A stretch of DNA of 64,000 bases. It comes from Candidatus Poribacteria bacterium (lineage in GTDB: Bacteria; Poribacteria; WGA-4E; WGA-3G). This document shows positions 49,286 through 59,031 of this stretch, in pieces. The position numbers were made by a program, and so were the translations under genes. The stretch's first letter is position 1, and each line of letters opens with the position of its first letter. The notes below the pieces were generated by a model. That model did no database searches and was not told the origin of the DNA. It worked only from the letters and a program-made list of their open reading frames with translations. The stretch covers positions 1 to 64,000 of the forward strand of contig CBDBFU010000028.1 in the NCBI GenBank assembly GCA_965205025.1, written 5' to 3'.

Positions 49286-51013
49286 TCATAAATCCAACAC
49301 CTCATTCAGCAATCCTTCACTTTTCTGTTCCAGTGCTAACAATTCGTCCGTGATTTCCTTTAGGGATCGCAGGGGTGTGTATTGATAGAAATACTTGTTG
49401 AAATTGATTTCATAACCAACCTTATCCTTCTTCCTGTCCATCCAACTATCGGGAACATGTGGTTTCACTTCTCTTTGGTAGTATTCGTTTATATCATCGG
49501 AAAGGGGTACACGTTCATAGTCGCGCAGTTTAGTATCTGGTTTCGGATTTCCTTTCTTGTCAGTGAGAATATCCCCTGTTTCTTCGTCTATGAGTGGTCT
49601 CTCAATGGTGACCTTCGTATATCCAAAATAGTCATTTGAGAAGATTTTGCAGTGGTCGGTTTCTTCAAAATTCGTGTATAATTCGATTATCTGTGCAATA
49701 TGGTTTTCAGTGATTATGGCGTTCTTGTCTCCGAGATTCCTTTTCATACCATCATAGAATTCAACTGCATTTATGAGTTGTATTTTACCTTCGCGTTCCG
49801 CAGATTTTCGATTTGTTAAAATCCAGATGTAGGTTGCGATACTGGTATTAAAGAAAAGCTTTTCGGGTAACGCAATAATACACTCCAGCCAGTCGTTTTC
49901 GATGATCCATCGTCGTATTTCACTTTCACCGCTGCCAGCATCACCTGTGAAGAGGGGTGAACCGTTAAAGACGATTCCAACACGACTTCCCTTTTCTCCC
50001 ATCTTTGAGAGCATGTGTTGCAAAAATAGAAGTGCACCATCAGAGGAACGTGGTGTACCTGCTGAGAATCTACCTTGAGGATTTTCTGCTTCTGTTTTCA
50101 CTACGGCTTCGTCCGATTTCCAACTGACACCGAAGGGTGGATTGGTAATCATGTAATCGAACCGTTGTCCTTGAAATTGGTCATCAGAGAGGCTGGAACC
50201 GAGGCGTATATTATCAGGATCTTCTTCTGTAATGAGCATGTCAGACTTACAAGTTGCATAACTTTGTGCGTTCAGTTCTTGACCTAATAAACGAATGGTG
50301 GCATCTGGATTTATATGTTTTTTGAAATACTCCTTACCAATAGTCAGCATCCCACCTGTTCCACAACATGGATCGAAAATACTACGAACAATACCTTGTC
50401 CTTTTAGATCGTCTGTGTGTTCCGCGAAAAGGAGTGAAACTAATAGTCGGACAACATCCCGCGGTGTGTAGTGTTCCCCACTGGTTTCGTTGGACATTTC
50501 TGAGAAGCGTCGTAGCAGTTCCTCAAAGATTTGTCCCATAGTGTGGTTATCTACTTGCTTGGGATGTAAATCGACTTCGGTGAACTTGTCACAAAACAGA
50601 TATAGACGGTTGTTGTTGTGTAGTCTTTCGATAAACCCATCAAGATTGAAATTATCTATGATGTCTCGAACTTCCTGACTGAATCCATTGATGTAGTTTT
50701 CAAAGTTTAGACGGATGTTGTTGGGATCACCTTTTAGTCGAGAAAGGTCATATTGAGAAGTGTTGTAGAATTTGGTTTTTATGGTATTCAGAATTATGGG
50801 TGATAATCTATCATCGGGTACATTTTGGTTGTACTTGTTGTAAGCTTCGATTGCTTTCTCTTTCCGATCGTCCTCTTCTAAGATGCAGTCCAATCGGCGT
50901 AGCACCAGAAATGGGAGGGTGATGTCGCCATATTCATGTGGTTTGAATAGTCCTCTGAGAACGTCGTCTGCTACATTCCAAACGAGATTTGCCAGTTCTT
51001 GGTAATTCGCCAT
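49286..51013 (-). CDS. hsdM: Type I R-M N6-adenine methyltransferase
   Basis: 'GEHYTPRDVV', 'DPCCGTGGML', 'TNPPFG'. Confidence 0.93.
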   Translation of the reverse strand: MANYQELANLVWNVADDVLRGLFKPHEYGDITLPFLVLRRLDCILEEDDRKEKAIEAYNKYNQNVPDDRLSPIILNTIKTKFYNTSQYDLSRLKGDPNNIRLNFENYINGFSQEVRDIIDNFNLDGFIERLHNNNRLYLFCDKFTEVDLHPKQVDNHTMGQIFEELLRRFSEMSNETSGEHYTPRDVVRLLVSLLFAEHTDDLKGQGIVRSIFDPCCGTGGMLTIGKEYFKKHINPDATIRLLGQELNAQSYATCKSDMLITEEDPDNIRLGSSLSDDQFQGQRFDYMITNPPFGVSWKSDEAVVKTEAENPQGRFSAGTPRSSDGALLFLQHMLSKMGEKGSRVGIVFNGSPLFTGDAGSGESEIRRWIIENDWLECIIALPEKLFFNTSIATYIWILTNRKSAEREGKIQLINAVEFYDGMKRNLGDKNAIITENHIAQIIELYTNFEETDHCKIFSNDYFGYTKVTIERPLIDEETGDILTDKKGNPKPDTKLRDYERVPLSDDINEYYQREVKPHVPDSWMDRKKDKVGYEINFNKYFYQYTPLRSLKEITDELLALEQKSEGLLNEVLDL

Positions 51014-51078
51014 TTATTTCCTTTCTATGAAGAGGTAGTTTCGCTATTGATAAGAAGACAGCTAAAAGAGTGGTGAAA

Positions 51079-51119
51079 CAACATTAAACCCTACAAGCTT
51101 ACCTGTAGGGTTTAATGTT
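51079..51119. terminator. Stem-loop, likely terminator
   Basis: ACATTAAACCCTACA...TGTAGGGTTTAATGT inverted repeat downstream of the protease gene. Confidence 0.6.
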
Positions 51120-51177
51120 TAAATTATGAGTAGCATGTTATGATATTAAGATAAGTTTATAAACCTACTTATGAAAA

Positions 51178-51606
51178 TCAAGGTGTAATCAAGGTAAGCT
51201 GATTTTCAATAGGTTTGATATTGATTTTTCTATTAGAGTATTTGATTGATATATCAAAATTAGAAAGTATGTCTATTCCAAGTAATCCATCAATATACTC
51301 ATCTTCAGGAAAATCTATCACACCTACATTGATGTTTTCGAATTCTTTTCCAAACACAGTTAACCTACTGAGTTCTATAAACCCATTTTCTACATATCCA
51401 CCAGCAGTAAGAAATTCAACTTTATCTTTAGGATTTGATATATCATAACCTAAATGTGATAAGACTTTGGAATTTATTGAAGTTACTGAAGCTCCAGTGT
51501 CAAGCACTAAATTCACACTTCTTAAATCTTTGTCATTAAAACTATAAATTGTAATGTCTATTTTGATTAGTCCATTATTAGGAATACTAAAACTTAGACT
51601 GTCCAT
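51178..51606 (-). CDS. Retropepsin-like aspartyl protease
   Basis: 'LVLDTGASVT' and 'DGLLGIDIL'. Confidence 0.85.
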   Translation of the reverse strand: MDSLSFSIPNNGLIKIDITIYSFNDKDLRSVNLVLDTGASVTSINSKVLSHLGYDISNPKDKVEFLTAGGYVENGFIELSRLTVFGKEFENINVGVIDFPEDEYIDGLLGIDILSNFDISIKYSNRKINIKPIENQLTLITP

Positions 51607-51836
51607 TATAATAGATACATTCTGTCTTTAGGGATTTCACCGGTAAAACGTATCGCAGCTTTACCTTTATATTTACTTGATATATTGTCTATATCTCGAC
51701 GATGTTTTTTATTAGCAAACACTACACCGGATATAAGTTCTGTAGTTTTTGGACTGATTTCACAATCAACAATAAACAACCACTTATTGGGAAATTTCCT
51801 AATCATTTCTTCATAAGTAAGACGTTGCTTAGACAT
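51606..51836 (-). CDS. Small DUF5678-like partner of the aspartyl protease
   Basis: AGGAG RBS; 'EEM.RKFPNKWL.IVD' and 'FTGEIP'; stop overlaps the protease ATG. Confidence 0.6.
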   Translation of the reverse strand: MSKQRLTYEEMIRKFPNKWLFIVDCEISPKTTELISGVVFANKKHRRDIDNISSKYKGKAAIRFTGEIPKDRMYLL

Positions 51837-52185
51837 TTTAATCTCCTAAATTTATCATCCTAATGAATATAAAGTGAACATGCACATAAGGTTATACACT
51901 TTTATATATAAAATGTCAATTAAAAATCAACTTGACAAGGCTATTTAGTTTTAAGATTAGATGATGTTACCAATCGTACCTCTCCTCTGTATGAGGATAC
52001 TCAAGGAATACAAATGGAATTCATACTCTTGATTTGGATTCCCGATTCATCTCCTGTGTTCTCTGATCCAACTAAAGAACCTTAAACCTTCTTTTCGGCG
52101 TCCTCTGCGTACTCCCTCCTATCCGTGATTCAGACACAACACAAACCAACAAAATACATAGTTTATTATAAAACAGAAACTGATT

Positions 52186-53202
52186 CTACCGGAACGGCAT
52201 AGCATATAGCAAACCGCCCTGGGACCACGGTTTGTTTACACCGCGAGGGAGTCCAAGGGGTGTGAGATTACGATCAAAGATTTCACCGTAATTTCCTACG
52301 TTAGCGATGACTTGACGCGCCCAGTCATTCGGTAATCCGAGTTTTTCACCCATACCCTCTGTCTCTCCAAGAAACCGTTTAATCTCAGGATTTCCAGATT
52401 TGAAGGTCTCGACATTTTCCTGTGAAATTCCATACTCTTCTGCAAAGAAAGTTGCATATACAACCCAACTTACAATGTCGTTCCACTGGTTATCTCCGTG
52501 AATGGTTACTGGTCCTAAGGGTTCTTTAGATACGGTTATATCCAATATAATATGTTCATCAGGATTTTTTAAGGATTGCCGACGGGAAAGTAGTTGGGAT
52601 TTATCACTGGTCACAACATCACAGCGTCCATGGTCATAACTCTGGTATAGGGTTTCTGTTTCTTCATAAACGATGGCTTCAACATCAATTCCGATTGCCC
52701 GTACTGTATCGGCTAAATTCAACTCGGTTGTACTGCCTGCGGTAACACCGAAAGTTGCACCTTCCAATTCCTTTAGGGAGGTAATTCCGAGTGCTTTCCG
52801 TAGCATGAACCCTTGACCATCGTAAAAAGTAGGTGGACAAAAGTCAACGCCATTAGCTGTATCGCGTGTAAGTGTCCAGGTTGTGTTACGAATTAGGACA
52901 TCAATCTCCCCTGTTTGTAACGCTGGGAAACGATCTGCACCTTTTAGGGGACGAAATTCGACTTTATCAGGATCACCAAAGACGGCTGCGGCAATTGCTC
53001 TACCGTAATCTACATCAAATCCTTCCCATCTACCATCTTGACTGAGGTATCCGAAACCGGGAAGTTCTTTATTGACACCACATATTAGACGTCCTCTGTC
53101 TATCACTTTTTGCAGAACGCTATCTCCGTTTTGTGCGAACAGTGGGGTGATAAAGGAGAGAGCGATAATTAATATGGATGTTTGAAATAATATCTTTTTC
53201 AT
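52186..53202 (-). CDS. aapJ: General L-amino acid ABC transporter substrate-binding protein
   Basis: Signal peptide; 'RGRLICGV', 'RNTTWTLTRD', 'FYDGQGF', 'SKEPLGP', 'VGNYGEIFDRN', 'GGLLYAMPFR'. Confidence 0.92.
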   Translation of the reverse strand: MKKILFQTSILIIALSFITPLFAQNGDSVLQKVIDRGRLICGVNKELPGFGYLSQDGRWEGFDVDYGRAIAAAVFGDPDKVEFRPLKGADRFPALQTGEIDVLIRNTTWTLTRDTANGVDFCPPTFYDGQGFMLRKALGITSLKELEGATFGVTAGSTTELNLADTVRAIGIDVEAIVYEETETLYQSYDHGRCDVVTSDKSQLLSRRQSLKNPDEHIILDITVSKEPLGPVTIHGDNQWNDIVSWVVYATFFAEEYGISQENVETFKSGNPEIKRFLGETEGMGEKLGLPNDWARQVIANVGNYGEIFDRNLTPLGLPRGVNKPWSQGGLLYAMPFR

Positions 53203-53481
53203 GAGTCCTCTCTATATTTATATTGTATTTAACGTGAGATGAGTATAAGTAATATTAAGTATCGTGCGATAAATCAACACCGAATCCGTCAAATCAAGGA
53301 ATCAACGTATGAATGACATTCCTGGTATGGAATTCATCGGGGAAACACGACAGATGTGTCAAATTAAGTATACACCTTTCGCCCCGCTGGGGCTATTCAA
53401 AATTCTATCAGTTTTTCCAGAAAATAGAAATGCTAAATCCGAACAAATATGATCAATTGATTGGTCAGGGATTCCTTCACA

Positions 53482-54681
53482 TTAATACGCTATCAGTGCT
53501 CTACCGGTTTTATCTTGACCTTGAAATACTGCGATGTTGTTATCAGCACTATCTTTTACTAACCAGATATGACCTGCATGACTCCATTGGACGCTAAACG
53601 CATTGGCAGCAACACGTCCCCGGTAATTCTCATTACCCTCGGCGTCAATCCAATAGTATGAGATTTCTGAATCGGTTACATTCACAAACAAAATTGAACT
53701 GCTGTCCCCATCCTCAGATTCAAGTTGTGATAAAACATCAGGGTTGTGTCGTTTTAAATCAATCCATTTTTCGCCACCGTTCCCGTTTGGATCAAACAAT
53801 TTATCATATTCTGCTGACAGATCGGGGGGCCATTCAAACTGTGGTGATTCATCCGGGTGGAGTTCTTTTAAATGAGGCAAATGTGTACGTGTTATAGCTT
53901 GTGTATATCGCCACTCCGTATCTCCAAAGATTTCAGTGAGTAGTGCTGCGAGACCTGGATCATAGTCCTTTAAAATATGTCGTTTACTAACATGATTGTG
54001 TTGTGCGTCGTTTTCTCGATTGGTGTCAAACCAAGACTGCGTGCCTTCTGCCCAATACTCTTCCTTGTTCGTTGAGGCATAAGTCCCCTTCCACAATCCT
54101 TTTTCCATTGCTGCTTCATACAATAACTTCAGTCGACTATCGAAATCTGGATCAACACTACTCAATCCCATTTGGTGTATTGCGTGGCTAAATTCATGGA
54201 TAAGTATATTCTCTGTGAGATAAGGATCACCATCATAATTTAGCAGATTCTCTTCCCCACAACTCGTTGATGGACGCGAAGCAGTGGCACCGAGACCGCG
54301 TGCTCTCCTGTCCCAATAGAAATCGGGGTGTAGATCGCTATGTTCAGGAATATCAGTTGTCATCTCGTTATATGCCATGACAGAAAATCGAACGTTGTTA
54401 TTTGCTAATGCTTTGAGAATATCAGGACGATGACCAATCATACGTCGAATGAGCCATGCAGCCTCTTGTACAGCCTGCGGATTCGCTTTTTCTGATGCGA
54501 CAACGGGGAAACCCTCTACATCAATCCACTGTTTGTAGAAAGATGACAATTCAAACTTCTTACGAATCATCTCTGGCGGTTCGACTGGTGTTCTAATTGT
54601 AACGGTATCTGTTGGTAACCCTGTATTTATTAATGTAGAAATGGCAGTGACAGCAGTAAGTATTGTAGGTGTTATGTTCAT
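53482..54681 (-). CDS. Zincin metallopeptidase with C-terminal VHL-beta-like domain
   Basis: 'RARGLG', 'ENILIHEFSHAIH', 'EYWAEGTQSWF'; C-terminus 'FVN......YYWID.EG....Y..V........SHAGHIWLV'. Confidence 0.75.
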   Translation of the reverse strand: MNITPTILTAVTAISTLINTGLPTDTVTIRTPVEPPEMIRKKFELSSFYKQWIDVEGFPVVASEKANPQAVQEAAWLIRRMIGHRPDILKALANNNVRFSVMAYNEMTTDIPEHSDLHPDFYWDRRARGLGATASRPSTSCGEENLLNYDGDPYLTENILIHEFSHAIHQMGLSSVDPDFDSRLKLLYEAAMEKGLWKGTYASTNKEEYWAEGTQSWFDTNRENDAQHNHVSKRHILKDYDPGLAALLTEIFGDTEWRYTQAITRTHLPHLKELHPDESPQFEWPPDLSAEYDKLFDPNGNGGEKWIDLKRHNPDVLSQLESEDGDSSSILFVNVTDSEISYYWIDAEGNENYRGRVAANAFSVQWSHAGHIWLVKDSADNNIAVFQGQDKTGRALIAY

Positions 54682-55356
54682 TATGTTCTTTTCTTCCTAT
54701 AATTTTAAAGATCTTTAGTAATGTGCAACTATAGTTTTGACAGTTTCTGTCGGTCTCATGTCGTGTTTTCAAGGTTTTCTCTTTTTTCCTGATAGTTTGG
54801 TGATAGCACTCCGCTGGAGTGCGGCACTCTCTGCCTCTTATTTTTATAGACATATCACACCGCTGGTGTGAGGAGACATCGTAATGTCGGTATCGTTAGT
54901 TCTGTATTGATTACGTCTAACACACGGATAAGTTGTGGACTTGCTCCAGTTGAATATTCTCCAGTACAGATGTCTAATATTGTTTATGCCGAACTTAAGT
55001 TATGATTAGGTGACTTTTGACCAAAATATAGACAATTGTGTTCAATTTAATTGTAGGAATAATAGTAATGAGTATAACACCAATAGGTTTATTTTTCACT
55101 GATAAATTCATCCATAAAGAATCCTGGATAGGAGTTCCTTCTACCGAGAATTAATTTTATATGAATGCCCTATATCGTGCAATCAGGAATTTAGTATGCA
55201 CATTTGTGTGCAATTTACAGATATTTTGGAAAAGGGATTCCTATATTCATACAGTTAGAGTTGGCATATAAATTGCTCATATAGAGACATTGGGAGTTAA
55301 CAAATATACCGTAAATTGATTTTATATGGTAGTGAAATTGATCCTATTATTTCAAC

Positions 55357-55385
55357 TTGACATCTTAAAGGTGCGTCTTTACAAT
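55357..55385 (+). promoter_or_regulatory. Putative sigma70 promoter
   Basis: TTGACA-17bp-TACAAT upstream of AAGGAG and the GTG at 55426. Confidence 0.6.
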
Positions 55386-55425
55386 TAGGTTGATATTTTG
55401 ATTTCATAGTGCAAAGGAGAAAAGA

Positions 55426-56676
55426 GTGAAAAAGCTGATAATCGCGGAAATCTGTGTTATTGTTGCAATTGCATTAGGTTTTTGGCTCGGTAGAATTACA
55501 AGTCCATTTAATAATTACGCGAAGTATTACCAAAATGCAGATAAAGCCTGGGGAAAAGTACGGGAAATAAATACGCCAACTGTGACACACGATGATCCGG
55601 ATACAAAACGACTACGTCAGGTGCGTGCTGCTTGTCGTGCTGTATTTGAAAATTATCCAGACAGTCGTTGGGCAGATGATGCGCTCCATCTCCTTGGATC
55701 TCTTCCACGTACTGATGAGGAAGGATTTGCCCTGCTTCGTCGGTTGATAAGAGAGTATCCAGATAGTGAATTTGCGGATGATTCAATGTATGCTATTGCA
55801 ACAGCAACTTATGAGATAGCGGAAGAATTGAAAAAGACTGGAACCCTTGAATCTATTTCAGCTTATTATGATAGAGCCCTTGCCCTTTTCAATCAATTAA
55901 TCGCAACTTATCCGGGAAGTATACTTGAAGCTGATGCACAATATAATGCTGCAATGTGCTATTACGGGAGAGGAGATTTGAATATTGCACTCAGTGAACT
56001 TGAGAATCTAAAAATTGAATCCGGAAATAATCCTATAATCTATAAGATTCTATTCCAGATTGGGTCAATTTATCTTGAGCAACACGATTACGAAAATGCC
56101 CGAATTGAATTCACCAATATTGTTGATTCAGGAGATCCTGTACATTCACCAGTAGCAAATTTCTCAATTGCACAAGCCTACTTTGCTGAAGGAAAATTCG
56201 AAGAAGCAGCAAGAGAATACCAGAAAGTCATTGACATCTATCCTGATACAGAGTATGGAAAAGACGCACATTTTTATATAGGGTGGGCGTATGCGAATCT
56301 TGAAGATTATGATAATGCCATTTCTCTACTTGAAAATGCCGTTGAGGATTACCCAGATAATAAGAATACAACAACTACGAAATTCTATATTGCTCAACTT
56401 GCTGAAGCCAACAAAGATCCTGCACTGGCAATTGCTACATATCAAGAATTTGCTGATGATCCCTCACACAACTATGATAATCGTCTATCGGCACAATATC
56501 ATGTAGGTAGGATTTATGAGGAAACAGGGGATATTACACAAGCGGTTGATGCATACGAAAAACTGTTGAAAGATTATCCTGAACTTCATCAAAATCCTGC
56601 ACATCATTCACGGAAAATTACTGAAAATTATATACGCGATTTAAGAGTTGATAATTTAGGTGAGGAAGAGAATTAG
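55426..56676 (+). CDS. Membrane-anchored TPR protein (BamD/CpoB-like repeats)
   Basis: N-terminal TM; repeated 'YP.S..A..A.Y' TPR units. Confidence 0.8.
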   Translation: MKKLIIAEICVIVAIALGFWLGRITSPFNNYAKYYQNADKAWGKVREINTPTVTHDDPDTKRLRQVRAACRAVFENYPDSRWADDALHLLGSLPRTDEEGFALLRRLIREYPDSEFADDSMYAIATATYEIAEELKKTGTLESISAYYDRALALFNQLIATYPGSILEADAQYNAAMCYYGRGDLNIALSELENLKIESGNNPIIYKILFQIGSIYLEQHDYENARIEFTNIVDSGDPVHSPVANFSIAQAYFAEGKFEEAAREYQKVIDIYPDTEYGKDAHFYIGWAYANLEDYDNAISLLENAVEDYPDNKNTTTTKFYIAQLAEANKDPALAIATYQEFADDPSHNYDNRLSAQYHVGRIYEETGDITQAVDAYEKLLKDYPELHQNPAHHSRKITENYIRDLRVDNLGEEEN

Positions 56677-56684
56677 ATTTACAC

Positions 56685-57905
56685 CTAAGTGAGTAGACAC
56701 TCTAATCCTTGATCAAGGTCAGCGATAATATCTTCTACATCTTCCAAACCAATAGAAAACCTTACCAAACCATCCGTAATTCCTGTGCGTTGTCTAACTT
56801 CACTTGGTACATGGGAATGTGTTGTTGATGCTGGATGACAGACTAAAGTACGTACATCCCCTAAACTAACAGCAAGTGAACACAATTGTAGTTTATTTAC
56901 TAACGTTTCACCTGCTGCCCGTCCACCTTTCAATTCCATTGTAATCATTCCTCCAAACCCATTCATCTGACGTTTTGCAAGATGATGTTGTGGATGACTT
57001 GCTAATCCAGGATAACGAACCCAGGCTATTGCAGGATGTGATTCAAGGAATGCAGCGATAGTTGAAGCATTCTCACAGTGACGGGAAAAGCGAAGTGGTA
57101 ATGTAGGAATACCGAGAAGTGTTAACCACGCATTAAATGGACTAATCACCGCTCCAAAATTTCGTAAGGCTCCTTGTTTTACTCTTACAATAAAATCCTT
57201 CTTCCCTACAATTGCACCCGCAACAACTGCACCATTACCACTCAAGTATTTCGTGATACTATGAAGTACTACATCTATACCCATTGAAATTGGTTGTTGA
57301 CTGCATGGGGTGGCAAATGTGTTATCAATAATCGTAGTGATATTATGCCTTTTGGCTATCTCAGCACATGCAGACAGGTCAACCAATTTTAGTAATGGAT
57401 TTGTAGGACTCTCAAGATAAATGACCTTCGTATCTGGACGAATAGCATCTTCAACGAGGTTTAAATCCGTTGCATCAACAAAGGTTGTTTCGATCCCCAT
57501 CCGTGGCAGTTCTTCATTTAGGATGTTAAATGTAGCAGAATACAGGGTCTCCATCGCCACAACATGTCCACCATCAGATAAGGCTGTGAGTAAAGCAGAA
57601 CTGATAGCACCCATACCAGAAGCGGCTGCCAATGCTGCTTCTCCACCCTCCAATGTTGCGATTTTCTTTTCTAATACATCCTGTGTAGGATTACCCCAAC
57701 GTGTATACACATATCCACTATCTTCATCTTTAAATGCAGAAGCACATTCTTCAGCATTATTAAATTGGAATGTACTGTTTTGATAGATTGGAGGTAACAG
57801 AGGGATACCAGTTTTTCCAGATTGACTATCCTGAGTAGATGTATGTGTTTCTTCACCTGCATGTATTGCCACAGTTGATTTTCCTTTGAACTTCCTATTC
57901 TCCAC
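56685..57905 (-). CDS. Cys/Met metabolism PLP enzyme (methionine gamma-lyase/cystathionine gamma-synthase family)
   Basis: 'YTRWGNPT', 'ASGMGAI', 'ESPTNP', 'DNTFATP', 'HSITKYLSG', 'SLGDVRTL..HPASTTH'. Confidence 0.9.
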   Translation of the reverse strand: MENRKFKGKSTVAIHAGEETHTSTQDSQSGKTGIPLLPPIYQNSTFQFNNAEECASAFKDEDSGYVYTRWGNPTQDVLEKKIATLEGGEAALAAASGMGAISSALLTALSDGGHVVAMETLYSATFNILNEELPRMGIETTFVDATDLNLVEDAIRPDTKVIYLESPTNPLLKLVDLSACAEIAKRHNITTIIDNTFATPCSQQPISMGIDVVLHSITKYLSGNGAVVAGAIVGKKDFIVRVKQGALRNFGAVISPFNAWLTLLGIPTLPLRFSRHCENASTIAAFLESHPAIAWVRYPGLASHPQHHLAKRQMNGFGGMITMELKGGRAAGETLVNKLQLCSLAVSLGDVRTLVCHPASTTHSHVPSEVRQRTGITDGLVRFSIGLEDVEDIIADLDQGLECLLT

Positions 57906-57907
57906 AA

Positions 57908-58528
57908 TTATGCACCCTTTTTCGGTTGTTTCAGTGTTGTAATCGGATATTTCTCAATGGACAGTAAAATTTTTTTACGTTCAATCCCTCCACCGTAACC
58001 TCCTAAACTTCGATTACTTCCAATGACACGATGGCACGGAATGACAATAGAAATAGGATTCTTTCCAGTAGCATTTCCAACTGCGCGATAAGACTTTTGT
58101 CTACCTATCTTATTTGCAATCCATTTGTAGCTGCGCACTTCACCATAAGGAATTTCGCGAATTGCTTCCCAGACCCAATCCTGAAAATATGTACCCCAGT
58201 CTATCTTAACAGGTATTTCACGAAAATCAACAGGTTTACCTGAAAAATATCTATCCAACATCTCCTTTGTTTGTTGGAGAACTTGGTTACCAGGAGTAGT
58301 TGGTGGTTCATAGAATGTAGTATCGTCGTTAAAAAACAGATGTGTTAAATGCAAATCGTATTGAGAAGGTTGTCTTGCTATAATATCAATATGTCCTATA
58401 GGGGATTTATATCGAAATGAATCTGGACCATACCATTTCTTAAGATCTCTTATTATCTGACCTTTATTGTATAACTCTGGATAATGTTCTAACCCGTATG
58501 TATAATTTTCAAATGCATTTGTATACAT
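57908..58528 (-). CDS. ogt: Methylated-DNA--protein-cysteine methyltransferase
   Basis: 'IPYGEVRSY', 'RAVGNA', active site 'IPCHRV', 'LGGYGGG'. Confidence 0.9.
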   Translation of the reverse strand: MYTNAFENYTYGLEHYPELYNKGQIIRDLKKWYGPDSFRYKSPIGHIDIIARQPSQYDLHLTHLFFNDDTTFYEPPTTPGNQVLQQTKEMLDRYFSGKPVDFREIPVKIDWGTYFQDWVWEAIREIPYGEVRSYKWIANKIGRQKSYRAVGNATGKNPISIVIPCHRVIGSNRSLGGYGGGIERKKILLSIEKYPITTLKQPKKGA

Positions 58529-58576
58529 TTTTTATTTGACCTCCAATATATTATCATATATGCTATATCGCAAACT

Positions 58577-58960
58577 ATGGCATTATTTAAAACACCTGAC
58601 CAACTTTACGATTATATAAGTGAATTGTTTGATGAAATTTCATCTTTACCTGAAGCACAGCAAGCACTTAAGACATTAAAATTGTGTGTAAAATTCAATT
58701 ACACAGTACCGGACTGTGAAATTATATTAAATGTAGCGGATGGTGGTTATACTATCTCCCGTGAGTTATCACCTGACGTTACGCCGGATGTAGAGTTAAG
58801 TATGAGTGGTGATATTGCTCATCAACTTTGGACCGGTGAACTCAATGTGATGGGAGCAATCACTTCACGCGAGATAGGTATAAACGGTTCACTCGGTAAA
58901 ATCATGCGTTTAACACCACTTATTAAGACTGCGATTCGTCATAACAAAAATCGTTCTTGA
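58577..58960 (+). CDS. SCP2 sterol/lipid-binding domain protein
   Basis: 'PDVELSMS.D...QLWTGELN...AI...I.INGS....MRL'. Confidence 0.75.
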   Translation: MALFKTPDQLYDYISELFDEISSLPEAQQALKTLKLCVKFNYTVPDCEIILNVADGGYTISRELSPDVTPDVELSMSGDIAHQLWTGELNVMGAITSREIGINGSLGKIMRLTPLIKTAIRHNKNRS

Positions 58961-59031
58961 ACTTTCATTTTACAAATGACATATATTAGATATGAATTGT
59001 TATTTCCTTTCCAATTTCATAGGAGCAGAAT

